64,000 nt of DNA from IMG/VR virus record IMGVR_UViG_3300029305_003072, one strand, 5' to 3'. The position numbers and the translations under genes were made by a program. This document shows, one piece after another, positions 21,063 to 30,282 of the stretch (positions are counted from its first letter, which is position 1; each line of letters opens with the position of its first letter). Under the pieces are notes generated by a model. The model made no database searches. It was not told the origin of the DNA and saw only the letters and a list, made by a program, of their open reading frames with translations. The DNA comes from a virus (lineage: Duplodnaviria; Heunggongvirae; Uroviricota; Caudoviricetes).

Positions 21063-23054
21063 TTACTCGATTCCAAAAGTCTGAATGAAGTCAGATTCTG
21101 ACAAGATTGGAATCCCCAATGACTTGGCAGTCATGTTCTTAGAGGAAGTGGAATTCACATCATTGTTAATGAGGAAATTTGTGTTCTTAGAAACAGAACC
21201 AGTTACCTTTCCTCCAAGAGCCTCAATTCGTGCCTTGATTTCATCACGGTTCTTGAAATGAGTGAGTTTTCCAGTAATTACAAAAGTTTTTCCAGTTAAA
21301 CTCTCGCCGACCGGGGCGGGAGCGACTTCAGGTGCATTAAAGTGAATATAATGGTCAGCAAGTAGTTTTGCTTCGGCATAATTAAAGCTAACTAAACTAT
21401 TATGCATTTCACCACCGAAATTAGGAAGAGTGTAGAAAGCGAAACCACCTTCCGCTGCCTCGACAAACTTTTCCCAAGTTTCAAAGTGCTTTGCCAATTC
21501 TTTCGATGCCGTTGAGCCAATCAACGGAATACCGAGGGCCGCAATGAACTGATGTAGTTCACAATTTGCGCCAGTATTAATAGCGTTCAGAACCTTCTCG
21601 ACGGATTTGGCTCCAAATCCAGGCTTCTGGACCCATTCACTTCTACGAATGGAAAGTTCAAAAATGTCAGTAAAATCATTGACCCAACCCCAATCAATCA
21701 GTTTCTCTAAAGTTGCCTTTGAGATACCCTTCATATCAAGACCTTTCTTACCGCAGAAGTGGTCCAGACGATTGATTAGTTTACCAGGACAAGTTGGAGA
21801 GACACAGGTCAGATTCATAGAGTCATTCAACTTACTATACTTGACCTCACCGCCGCACACAGGACAACAATTGGGGCGTTCAAACCAAGGATAATCATAC
21901 TGAGGTAAATCCTCGGGTTCTTCCGCAGACGCAATCTGAGGAATAATCATATTAGCCTTAAAGACGTCCACCTTTTGGCCTTTATAACCCCAACCATGTA
22001 AAGTTTCATTTAGAATACTTACATTGTGTAAGCTAGCTCTTTCTACGGTCGAACCATCTACGTCGATTGGTTCAAAGACAGCAACGGGAGTAAGGACACC
22101 GGTTCTACCCATCGTCCATTCAATATCCAACAAGCTAGTCTGGTAAGTTTCATCATAGAATTTATATGCCAGAGCATTTTTGAAATGATGCGTTGTTTCT
22201 CCAAGAGAACGACCATAAGCACAATCATTAAACTTAATAACTACACCATCAATTGGATAACTATATCCTTGAGCCATTTGAGTCACTTGCTCAATAAACA
22301 TATCCATTTCAACCTCAGTATCATCTGCGTAATAAGCAGGACCAGTCGCATATGGAACTATAGTAAATCCAAAAGGTACAAGATAATTAAGTTTTTGGCT
22401 AAGTTTGTACTCGGTACCATCATCAAACATCATTGGAGTGAGAACATCCCACGCAACAAATGTAAGATTGCGGCTTGCACATTCTTTGGAGTCTAAAAGA
22501 CGAATACTGCCTGCGGCGAAATTTCTAGGGTTCTTATATTCTGAACTGAATTTTTCAAAATCAGTATAGGTGCAAATGATTTCTCCATCAATAACCAATT
22601 CATCCATATAAGGAATTTTACTTGGAATTGAAGGAAGAACTCTTGCATTATGCAGGATATCTTCACCGACAAGACCATTTCCCCTAGTCTCCGCAGAAAC
22701 TAATTCTCCGTTGCGGTAAGTAAGAGAACAAGTTAAACCGTCCATCTTACACATAGCCAAGAAGTCCTTTTTACCTACAAAAGCAGAAACTTCATCAACG
22801 GATTTAGTTTTTTCAAGAGATAACATCTTATGAGAATGTTCAACTTTTTTCAAAGCATTTACAACTTCATAAGAAATAGATTGAGTAGGAGAATTAGATA
22901 AAATCAAACCTGTTTCTTTTTCTAATTCTTGTAACTCAAAATATTTATTATCCCATTCTTCGTCCGTAATTTTTGGATTACCTTCATCGTATGCTTTTGT
23001 ACATTCGTTAAGGTATCTTACAAGAAACTTGATTTTATCATAGATACTATCCAT
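21063..23054 (-). CDS. ligA: NAD-dependent DNA ligase LigA
   Basis: Adenylation motif KMDGL, OB fold, the Zn finger CPVCGGEVKY, HhH, and a C-terminal BRCT. Confidence 0.9.
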   Translation of the reverse strand: MDSIYDKIKFLVRYLNECTKAYDEGNPKITDEEWDNKYFELQELEKETGLILSNSPTQSISYEVVNALKKVEHSHKMLSLEKTKSVDEVSAFVGKKDFLAMCKMDGLTCSLTYRNGELVSAETRGNGLVGEDILHNARVLPSIPSKIPYMDELVIDGEIICTYTDFEKFSSEYKNPRNFAAGSIRLLDSKECASRNLTFVAWDVLTPMMFDDGTEYKLSQKLNYLVPFGFTIVPYATGPAYYADDTEVEMDMFIEQVTQMAQGYSYPIDGVVIKFNDCAYGRSLGETTHHFKNALAYKFYDETYQTSLLDIEWTMGRTGVLTPVAVFEPIDVDGSTVERASLHNVSILNETLHGWGYKGQKVDVFKANMIIPQIASAEEPEDLPQYDYPWFERPNCCPVCGGEVKYSKLNDSMNLTCVSPTCPGKLINRLDHFCGKKGLDMKGISKATLEKLIDWGWVNDFTDIFELSIRRSEWVQKPGFGAKSVEKVLNAINTGANCELHQFIAALGIPLIGSTASKELAKHFETWEKFVEAAEGGFAFYTLPNFGGEMHNSLVSFNYAEAKLLADHYIHFNAPEVAPAPVGESLTGKTFVITGKLTHFKNRDEIKARIEALGGKVTGSVSKNTNFLINNDVNSTSSKNMTAKSLGIPILSESDFIQTFGIE

Positions 23055-23079
23055 TTCTATTCTCCTTAATTACATATAT

Positions 23080-23108
23080 ATTATAGAAAAAATTTTTTAT
23101 TTTGTCAA
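23080..23108 (-). promoter_or_regulatory. Promoter TTGACA-N17-TATAAT
   Basis: Upstream of ligA. Confidence 0.6.
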
Positions 23109-23380
23109 CTCCAGAAATCACTGAAGTCAAATATATTGACATAAAAATCTGGAACATCTTCTACTAATTGGACTCTATAACCATATACAAACATAGGTTC
23201 ATCAAAAAACATAATTTTATCATTTGGATTTATATTAATTCGATGTAAAATTTGAGCAAAAGTAAAATCGTTCATTCTGATTTCAATACCATTTTGTTCG
23301 CCAAACCACTCATAGAGTCGGGACATTTCTCGTCCCGACTCAACGATAGGCATACTTGGTCTGAAATAAATCGTTCTCAT
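23105..23380 (-). CDS. Hypothetical protein, 91 aa
   Basis: ORF only. Confidence 0.3.
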   Translation of the reverse strand: MRTIYFRPSMPIVESGREMSRLYEWFGEQNGIEIRMNDFTFAQILHRININPNDKIMFFDEPMFVYGYRVQLVEDVPDFYVNIFDFSDFWS

Positions 23381-25752
23381 ACCTTACTTACAGATAGAAC
23401 TTTACTATTCTTGATAACAACATTGCCAATAGAAGCTCTACCAAGGTTTGGAATTTCGGATGCTTCGATACAAATACTGCTCTTATCACCCAAAATCAAT
23501 ACACAATCACTATCTTCAACAAGGGTTGCCGCAACCACTTTACCAGTAGTATCAGTAGGCTTATAACACATCAGACCCTTACCTGCTCTCTTCTGGAGAG
23601 GAAGTTCGTCAAGACCAAACTTCTTACAGTATCCACCATTAACGAAGATTGCCAATTTATCATTTGTATTACGGACAGGAATTGCGGCGACAATTTCATC
23701 ATCGGCACCCAAGTTAATACCCTTTACACCAGAAGTGGCACGAGAAGTAGGACTTACTTCCTTAGAATCAAATCTAATTGCCATACCATTCTTAGTTACC
23801 AGGATTAACTGTTCGTCCTTAACCAAAGATACTGCGGCAAGCTCATCACCATCTTTAATGGTAATTGCTGCAATGCCAGTCTTTTTCTTAGTCTTAACAT
23901 ATTCTTCAAGACTTGTTTTCTTAACTAATCCATTTTTAGTTACGAACAATACATATGCAGCATCAGTATCTCTATAAATAGAATACATTACAGCAGGCTG
24001 TTCATCCATATCCATATTGATTAGGGACTTGATAGACTGACCCTTACTTACATTGGTTCCTACTGGAACATCATTGACAAGTAGACGATACATCTTGCCC
24101 TTATCAGAGAAAATCATCAAAGAGTCAATCGTATTAGTACGAATTACTGCATGAGTAATATCATCTTGAGTTTTTACACCCTTACCATTTCGCTTCTGGG
24201 TACGGAAGCTAGTTGCAGGAATTCTCTTAACGAGACCACCCTCAGTCATAATAACAACACACTTCTCTGGCTCGACGAATTCGATTTCCTTCTCTTCCTT
24301 AGTGGAAGCAACCTGAGTTATAGTGCTTCTGCGAGCGTCGCCATAAGTCTTTTTAAGTTCTGTAAAACCCTTAACTAACTCTGGCGTTGGATTTTGCAGA
24401 ATTCCCTGTAGTCTCTCTAACTCAGATATAAGCTCAGCTCTTTCATTTTCAATCTCAACTTTCTCTAATTTTGCCAACTTAGAAAGCTTCATATCAAGAA
24501 TCGCCTTAGCCTGGGCTTCAGAGAAACCATACTGGTTCATAAGAACAACCTTAGCAGCTGCCGCAGACTCGCTCTTCTTAATAAGAGCAATGATATTGTC
24601 AATATCTTCAAGAGCCTTCAACAGACCTTCCAAGATATGAATACGAGCCGCAACTTTATTAGCTTCATATTTAGTTTTTCTCAACAGAACATCTTTCTGG
24701 TGAGCAATATAAATTTCCAAAAGTTGCTTAATATTCAAAAGCTGAGGTTTCTTCTCAACCAGAGCAACCTGATTGAAACTATAAGTATCCTCTAAGCGAG
24801 TTAATTTAAACAACTTTGCGATAATAGGTTCAGCAGAAATTCCCTTTGCTAATTCAATAACGAAACGCACACCATCTTTGTTACTTTCGTCTCGGATGGT
24901 AGTAATTCCTTCCAATTTACCTTCCTCACAAAGCTTATCAATTTCCTTTACAAGGTCTTCTTTAGATACCTTATAAGGAATGGAAGTAAAGACGATACTA
25001 TCGCCACGTTTATCAGATTCAATTTTGTACTCTCCTCTGATTCTTGCTCTGCCCTTACCTGTTAGATAAGCTGCGGGTAATTCGTCTTTGTTAATAATTA
25101 ATCCGCCAGTTGGGAAATCAGGTCCGGAAATGTAATTCAAAATTTCCTTAATATCACAATTAGGGTTTTGAGTTACATGGATTGCCGCATCCATAACTTC
25201 ATTTAAATTGTGAGGTGCGAAGCTACAAGCCATCGCAACTGCGATACCAGAAGTACCATTCACAATCAAATTGGGAATACGACCAGGCAGATAGACTGGC
25301 TCTTCTTCCACATCGGTATATGCTAATTGCCAATCGACAGTATCTTTCTTAATATCAGCAAGCATTTCTTCGCCTGCTTTAGATAGTTTACATTCAGTAT
25401 AACGATAAGCTGCAGCCTCGTATCCATCACGTGAACCATTATTACCATGGAAAGAGATAAGAGGGTATCTCATATTCCAAGGTTGACTCAACCACACTAA
25501 CGCACCATAAATAGAAGCATCGCCGTGAGGATGGAAACGACCCATCGTATCACCGACTGGTTGAGCACATTTTACAAACTTTTTATTATTATGATAACCC
25601 TTATCGAACATATCCCAAAGAATACGACGAGCAACAGGTTTCAAACCATCTTCCGCTGAAGGGATGGCTCTATCGGTAATAACACTCAAACTATAATCAA
25701 GGAAACTTTGCTCAACTTCCCCGATAATCGGAGTCTGAATTATATCTCCCAT
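23377..25752 (-). CDS. Type II topoisomerase A subunit (GyrA/ParC-like)
   Basis: Active-site region AAAYRYTECKLS around the catalytic Tyr, plus C-terminal beta-pinwheel repeats. Confidence 0.85.
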   Translation of the reverse strand: MGDIIQTPIIGEVEQSFLDYSLSVITDRAIPSAEDGLKPVARRILWDMFDKGYHNNKKFVKCAQPVGDTMGRFHPHGDASIYGALVWLSQPWNMRYPLISFHGNNGSRDGYEAAAYRYTECKLSKAGEEMLADIKKDTVDWQLAYTDVEEEPVYLPGRIPNLIVNGTSGIAVAMACSFAPHNLNEVMDAAIHVTQNPNCDIKEILNYISGPDFPTGGLIINKDELPAAYLTGKGRARIRGEYKIESDKRGDSIVFTSIPYKVSKEDLVKEIDKLCEEGKLEGITTIRDESNKDGVRFVIELAKGISAEPIIAKLFKLTRLEDTYSFNQVALVEKKPQLLNIKQLLEIYIAHQKDVLLRKTKYEANKVAARIHILEGLLKALEDIDNIIALIKKSESAAAAKVVLMNQYGFSEAQAKAILDMKLSKLAKLEKVEIENERAELISELERLQGILQNPTPELVKGFTELKKTYGDARRSTITQVASTKEEKEIEFVEPEKCVVIMTEGGLVKRIPATSFRTQKRNGKGVKTQDDITHAVIRTNTIDSLMIFSDKGKMYRLLVNDVPVGTNVSKGQSIKSLINMDMDEQPAVMYSIYRDTDAAYVLFVTKNGLVKKTSLEEYVKTKKKTGIAAITIKDGDELAAVSLVKDEQLILVTKNGMAIRFDSKEVSPTSRATSGVKGINLGADDEIVAAIPVRNTNDKLAIFVNGGYCKKFGLDELPLQKRAGKGLMCYKPTDTTGKVVAATLVEDSDCVLILGDKSSICIEASEIPNLGRASIGNVVIKNSKVLSVSKV

Positions 25753-26146
25753 AAGGAACCTCCTTTATCTCTACAAAATCTTTCAAAAAATTTTCTTCTG
25801 TCCAATTCGATTTCATTGTATTACTAATAACTTCCTCAACTAAATCAAAAATACTACACTTATCTTCTGGTGTCATATATGAATATTGAGTAGGAAGTTC
25901 TCGTAACCTCTCAAGCATATAAGGTGGAATAGCTAAGGCACGAACTGCAGTATGTGCGGCTTCTGCTACGCCTTCTGGAATCCGCACATATTTTCGTTCC
26001 AAATCTTCTTTCCATAACTTATCTATTGGAGGTTTAATACATTGCATTTTTTCTGAATACTTAGTTATATGTGGCATATGCTTCTTCCTCAGAAATATAA
26101 CCAGTAGCAAGCTGGTCAGCAAGTTCATTCCATTCATGTCCAGCAT
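25712..26146 (-). CDS. Hypothetical protein (true start may be internal)
   Basis: ORF overlapping the topo A start. Confidence 0.3.
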   Translation of the reverse strand: MLDMNGMNLLTSLLLVIFLRKKHMPHITKYSEKMQCIKPPIDKLWKEDLERKYVRIPEGVAEAAHTAVRALAIPPYMLERLRELPTQYSYMTPEDKCSIFDLVEEVISNTMKSNWTEENFLKDFVEIKEVPYGRYNSDSDYRGS

Positions 26147-26537
26147 GACCTTTGATTTTTCTCAAATCAATACGAAAACCTTGCTTATACCAATCATAAT
26201 AGGCTTGAATTAAATCAAGATTTTCGGGAACTTTTTTATCACTTTTAACCCAACCATTTCTTGCCCAATTAAACATCCATTCATTGAAAGTATTTACACA
26301 ATATGCGGAGTCGCTATATACAATCGGAGGCTGGCCCCAATCATCGCATTTTTCTCCATAATTAAGCATAACATATAGAATAGCTTTCAATTCTTCTCTA
26401 TTATTGGTAGTTCCATTTGTTCTCTTGGCACGGACGAACTGAACACAATCATTTTCGTCAACGCCAACAATGCCGTAACCACCACTTGCGTTCACTTTTC
26501 CGTTCCCAACGCAGGAACCATCAGTATAGAAAATCAT
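26061..26537 (-). CDS. rnhA: Ribonuclease HI
   Basis: TDGSC...NNREELKA...YSDSAY...KGHAGHEWNELADQLA. Confidence 0.8.
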   Translation of the reverse strand: MIFYTDGSCVGNGKVNASGGYGIVGVDENDCVQFVRAKRTNGTTNNREELKAILYVMLNYGEKCDDWGQPPIVYSDSAYCVNTFNEWMFNWARNGWVKSDKKVPENLDLIQAYYDWYKQGFRIDLRKIKGHAGHEWNELADQLATGYISEEEAYATYN

Positions 26538-26925
26538 TCGGGTTTCCTTTCAATAGTTCTTCAAACATTTTATCTACATCAATTGTTGATAAAATATCAA
26601 CTGTATCACTAATTTTTTCAGTTTCGCCTCGTAGAACTGTAATACCCTTCAAAATGTGGTCATTACATAAAATTACTGTATTATTTGGAAAAGTTTCATT
26701 CATTTCTTTTTGAATTGTTTGACACTCTCTCAAACTTAAATTATCAGCAATTTTAAGTAAAATTACATCATTTGGTTGAATATTTACAACCTGGAAAGGA
26801 TAACCAGTATACTTACCGATTACCCCACCAAAAATAGATGCTTTATTTGTATCAGCATAAGTATATTGTCTACGATTCTCCATAGAGATTACATTAGTAG
26901 CGTTGGTCATAAATATAACCTCCAT
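26521..26925 (-). CDS. Hypothetical protein, paralogous to the next gene
   Basis: Shares an NVI..GD.IL..I.D...N.VIL...K.ITVL pattern with ORF 26894..27130. Confidence 0.4.
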   Translation of the reverse strand: MEVIFMTNATNVISMENRRQYTYADTNKASIFGGVIGKYTGYPFQVVNIQPNDVILLKIADNLSLRECQTIQKEMNETFPNNTVILCNDHILKGITVLRGETEKISDTVDILSTIDVDKMFEELLKGNPNDFLY

Positions 26926-27130
26926 CTAAAAACATATTACTTGTTCCTGTTAGTTCACGCTTAAATACAGTCACATCTTTAATTGCATATTCAGGCATTA
27001 AAACTATATTAGGAGTATTTAATAGGCTAATTAGCTTTTCACTAATCGCCTTATATTCATCAATATCAACATCATCACCAATGGTGAATAAAATTGTATC
27101 ACCAGGAGCAACTTTAATTACATTCGCCAT
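26894..27130 (-). CDS. Hypothetical protein, paralog of 26521..26925
   Basis: Same pattern as the previous gene; a tandem duplicate. Confidence 0.4.
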   Translation of the reverse strand: MANVIKVAPGDTILFTIGDDVDIDEYKAISEKLISLLNTPNIVLMPEYAIKDVTVFKRELTGTSNMFLDGGYIYDQRY

Positions 27131-27374
27131 AATAAAATTCCTCCATATCTTTCAACATTTCATTGAATTTTTTACTTTCATCGGGATGTGCGGCTTTATA
27201 TAAATTGACACTAGCCTCTGTCTTAAATGGGCCAATAACACTTTGAGGGCAATTTAATAGACAATATTCATCCATTAAATCTTGAGCTTGGATGATTTTA
27301 TCATCGCCCAAATCCCAAAACCAATATCCATGATACTCAGACATCGATATTTGCCCTCCAAGCGTTATCTTCAA
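27114..27374 (-). CDS. Hypothetical protein, 86 aa
   Basis: ORF only. Confidence 0.3.
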   Translation of the reverse strand: MKITLGGQISMSEYHGYWFWDLGDDKIIQAQDLMDEYCLLNCPQSVIGPFKTEASVNLYKAAHPDESKKFNEMLKDMEEFYYGECN

Positions 27375-29232
27375 TAAACTTCTTACGAGGAGTTACAGAC
27401 TCACCCATTAAGCTCATAAAGACATTTGCCACGGCGGCCGCATCTTCCATGGTAATCTGCTTTAAAGTACGAGTCTCCGCACTCATAACAGTTTCAGCCA
27501 TTTCATCAGGGTCCATTTCACCTAGACCCTTCATACGACCAAGTTCAAATTTCTTACTATTGGTTTTGCGGAATTCTTCAAGAGCAGCATCATCCTTTAA
27601 ATACTGGATTTTAGTTCCAATAGTTGCTTTATATAGTGGAGGTACAGCGGCATAAATATATCCCTTATCCAGTAGGTCTGGACAGAACTTCCAAATAAAA
27701 GTTAGGAATAGAACACGAATATGAGAACCATCAACATCAGCATCTGCGGTAATGATGAATTTACCATATCTCAACTTAGTTTCATCAACGATAATCTTAC
27801 CGTCCTTAACTTCTAAACCAAAAGCATCAACCATACCGCTGATTTCTTTATTCTGAAGAGCCTTATGTAGGTCGCACTTCAAAACATTTAGCGGCTTACC
27901 ACGAAGTTGGAATACTGCTTGAGTACCTCTGTCACGAGCTTCAATTGTTGTACCTGCAGCAGATTTACCCTCAACAATAAAGACTTCACATTTGTGACGC
28001 TCTTTAGAGCTGGCATCCGCAAGTACGTCAGGCATAATCACACGACGCTTGTTGTCAACTTTACGAACGGTTTCCTTGGCCTTTTTAGCTTTTTCACGGG
28101 CTGCACGTGCCAAAAGTGCTTTATCAACAATGGCTTTTGCGTCTTTGGGATTTGCGTCGAGCCATACTCGGATTTCACGGGCGGTTAAACGCTGAACCGC
28201 AGTTCTTGCTTCACTACTGGAAAGAACATCTTTCGTCTGGCCGGAGAAAACAGGGTCAGGCATAATGAAGGATAGAACCAGAACCAAACCTTCCTTCAAT
28301 TCTTCACCAGTAATATTAGCATCTTTCTCCTTTAGGAGCTTATTATCACGAGCATAGTCATTCATAGTTTGCGTGAGTGCGGTTCTAAAACCGGTTAAGT
28401 GGGTTCCCGCACTATTAGGAATAGAGTTGGTATAGAGCTTATACATATCAGTATAAGTATCATTATACTGCATAGCAATCTTAACACCAATTCTATCTTC
28501 CATATTTTCAGTATAGAATACGGAAGTTACCTTATTTTTATCTTTATTTAAATCATTGATATAATCTCGAATACCATTTTGAGAAGTGATAACTTCTTCT
28601 TCTTTATCTTCATATTTGAAGTTAAACACCATACCAGGAGATAGATAAGCTAGCTCTTGGATTTGTTTCTTTAGTGGGGCATATTCAAGACGAATTCCTT
28701 CTTTGAAGATAGTCTCATCGGGCTTGAAACTGATTGTAGTTCCGTGTAGTCCCTTTGTAAAAGGTTGCTCTTCATAAGATTTCAATTCACCTTTTTCAAA
28801 AACTGCGTAAGCAGATTTTCCATCACGCACAGATTCAACAGCAAAATAAGAAGATAGAGCATTTGTAGCCTTGGCACCGACACCGTTCATACCACCAGAA
28901 GTGTTATAACCAGTTTTACCATCACTATCAAATTTTGCGCCTGTATGAAGTTTTGTATAAACATTCACCAGAGTTTCACTACCATCTTCAGCTTTTCCAA
29001 ACGGAACACCACGACCATTATCTGCGATACGAATAACTCCATCGGAGCCAACCGTAATAATACAGTTAGTGCAATGTCCGTTTAAGTATTCATCAACTGC
29101 GTTAGAAATGATTTCGAGTGTGATGTGTCTAACACCATCAGGTCCAACTGAACCGATATACATACCTGGACGTAGTCGGATAGCTTCGATACCTTCTAGT
29201 GTTTTTATGTCTTTTACACCATAATCTGACAT
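27337..29232 (-). CDS. Type II topoisomerase B subunit (GyrB-like ATPase plus Toprim)
   Basis: GHKL ATPase motifs (EIISNAVDE, GLHGTT-like region) and a Toprim EGKSA motif. Confidence 0.85.
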   Translation of the reverse strand: MSDYGVKDIKTLEGIEAIRLRPGMYIGSVGPDGVRHITLEIISNAVDEYLNGHCTNCIITVGSDGVIRIADNGRGVPFGKAEDGSETLVNVYTKLHTGAKFDSDGKTGYNTSGGMNGVGAKATNALSSYFAVESVRDGKSAYAVFEKGELKSYEEQPFTKGLHGTTISFKPDETIFKEGIRLEYAPLKKQIQELAYLSPGMVFNFKYEDKEEEVITSQNGIRDYINDLNKDKNKVTSVFYTENMEDRIGVKIAMQYNDTYTDMYKLYTNSIPNSAGTHLTGFRTALTQTMNDYARDNKLLKEKDANITGEELKEGLVLVLSFIMPDPVFSGQTKDVLSSSEARTAVQRLTAREIRVWLDANPKDAKAIVDKALLARAAREKAKKAKETVRKVDNKRRVIMPDVLADASSKERHKCEVFIVEGKSAAGTTIEARDRGTQAVFQLRGKPLNVLKCDLHKALQNKEISGMVDAFGLEVKDGKIIVDETKLRYGKFIITADADVDGSHIRVLFLTFIWKFCPDLLDKGYIYAAVPPLYKATIGTKIQYLKDDAALEEFRKTNSKKFELGRMKGLGEMDPDEMAETVMSAETRTLKQITMEDAAAVANVFMSLMGESVTPRKKFIEDNAWRANIDV

Positions 29233-29276
29233 ATCGTTCTCCTTTCAAATTTCTTAAGATTTTTTCTTATGTGTAT

Positions 29277-29305
29277 ATTATACCAAAGATTTTTTAGAAA
29301 ATCAA
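29277..29305 (-). promoter_or_regulatory. Promoter TTGATT-N17-TATAAT (TGg extended -10)
   Basis: Upstream of the topo II B gene. Preceded by a terminator at 29321-29366. Confidence 0.6.
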
Positions 29306-29320
29306 CTAAAATTTCTTTAT

Positions 29321-29366
29321 TGGACAAAAAAAATAAGGGCGAGACAACCATATGATTGTCTCGCCC
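29321..29366 (-). terminator. Rho-independent terminator after the holin-like gene
   Basis: Stem gggcgagacaa/ttgtctcgccc followed by an 8-T run. Confidence 0.7.
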
Positions 29367-29373
29367 AAAAAAA

Positions 29374-29778
29374 TTATTCAACAGGAACGATTTTGCTAAT
29401 ATTTACTTCAGCTTCAATCTTGTTGGTAATATAAGTAGATACATCGCCATAGATTTCAGCCAAATATTCTTTAGCTTCATCAGTCAAAATAGCCATAACA
29501 GCATTATATGTTAATTGAAAAGCCTCTTTTTGTGCTTCAGCAGTGAAAGCATTTTCTTTCTTTAATGCTTCAACATAAGTTTGATTGGTAGCAATAACAC
29601 AAGCAGACACAGTATCAGCGACCATGGCAATATACTTGTCAGCCATATCATTATCTACACCTGCTTGAATTTCAACGCTCTTTACCTTGATGTATTTAAC
29701 AATGTAAGCAGTTAAAACACCCAATAGAGGAATTACACAAACTTGCAAAATTTCATATAATAGTGGTAACCATTCCAT
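29374..29778 (-). CDS. Holin-like membrane protein
   Basis: N-terminal TM helix and small size, next to the hydrolase gene. Confidence 0.4.
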   Translation of the reverse strand: MEWLPLLYEILQVCVIPLLGVLTAYIVKYIKVKSVEIQAGVDNDMADKYIAMVADTVSACVIATNQTYVEALKKENAFTAEAQKEAFQLTYNAVMAILTDEAKEYLAEIYGDVSTYITNKIEAEVNISKIVPVE

Positions 29779-29793
29779 AATTTATCCTCCTTA

Positions 29794-30120
29794 TTATCCA
29801 TTTGCGGACGCATCAAACTGTTCGGGAGGAATTTCTTCACAATAATCCGCCATAACAGTTTCATATTTAATTCCGCCTTTAGTATTTTCTTTTTCCGCTT
29901 TTTTGAAATAAAAAGCTTGACTTGCTCCATATGCGGTCCAGGGGAAGCCGCACATAGCAGCTAACCAAGGTAGTTCACCAAAGAATTGGTTTGCTACGCA
30001 TACGAAAGCTAAAATAATAAATGCGATTGTAATAATCCAAATCAACAATGACTCTTGGAGTAATAGTCGTTTAGAAAATTCCATTTTATTTTCAGTCTTT
30101 TTCTTTTTCATTTTCATCAC
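29794..30120 (-). CDS. Holin-like membrane protein (two TM segments)
   Basis: Two hydrophobic segments and a Lys-rich N-terminus, in the lysis cassette. Confidence 0.4.
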   Translation of the reverse strand: MMKMKKKKTENKMEFSKRLLLQESLLIWIITIAFIILAFVCVANQFFGELPWLAAMCGFPWTAYGASQAFYFKKAEKENTKGGIKYETVMADYCEEIPPEQFDASANG

Positions 30121-30282
30121 CTTTTATAAAAATAACTCATTCCTACTTGTCTTATAATATTTTTTCATCTATATTATCTTACATGGTATTATCTTGCTCG
30201 CTACTACTTTCACATGCGCCCACACATGCTATAAAATAGAATAGAAATATTAAAAACTTTCAGAATGAGTTATAATAAACGA

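Noticed and set aside
30121-30282. Search for tRNA or suppressor tRNA in the non-coding gaps (30121-30282, 63289-63470 and the short intergenic spacers)
   Set aside because: No cloverleaf-compatible GC-rich 70-90-nt segment was found. A suppressor tRNA, if present, must lie outside this window.
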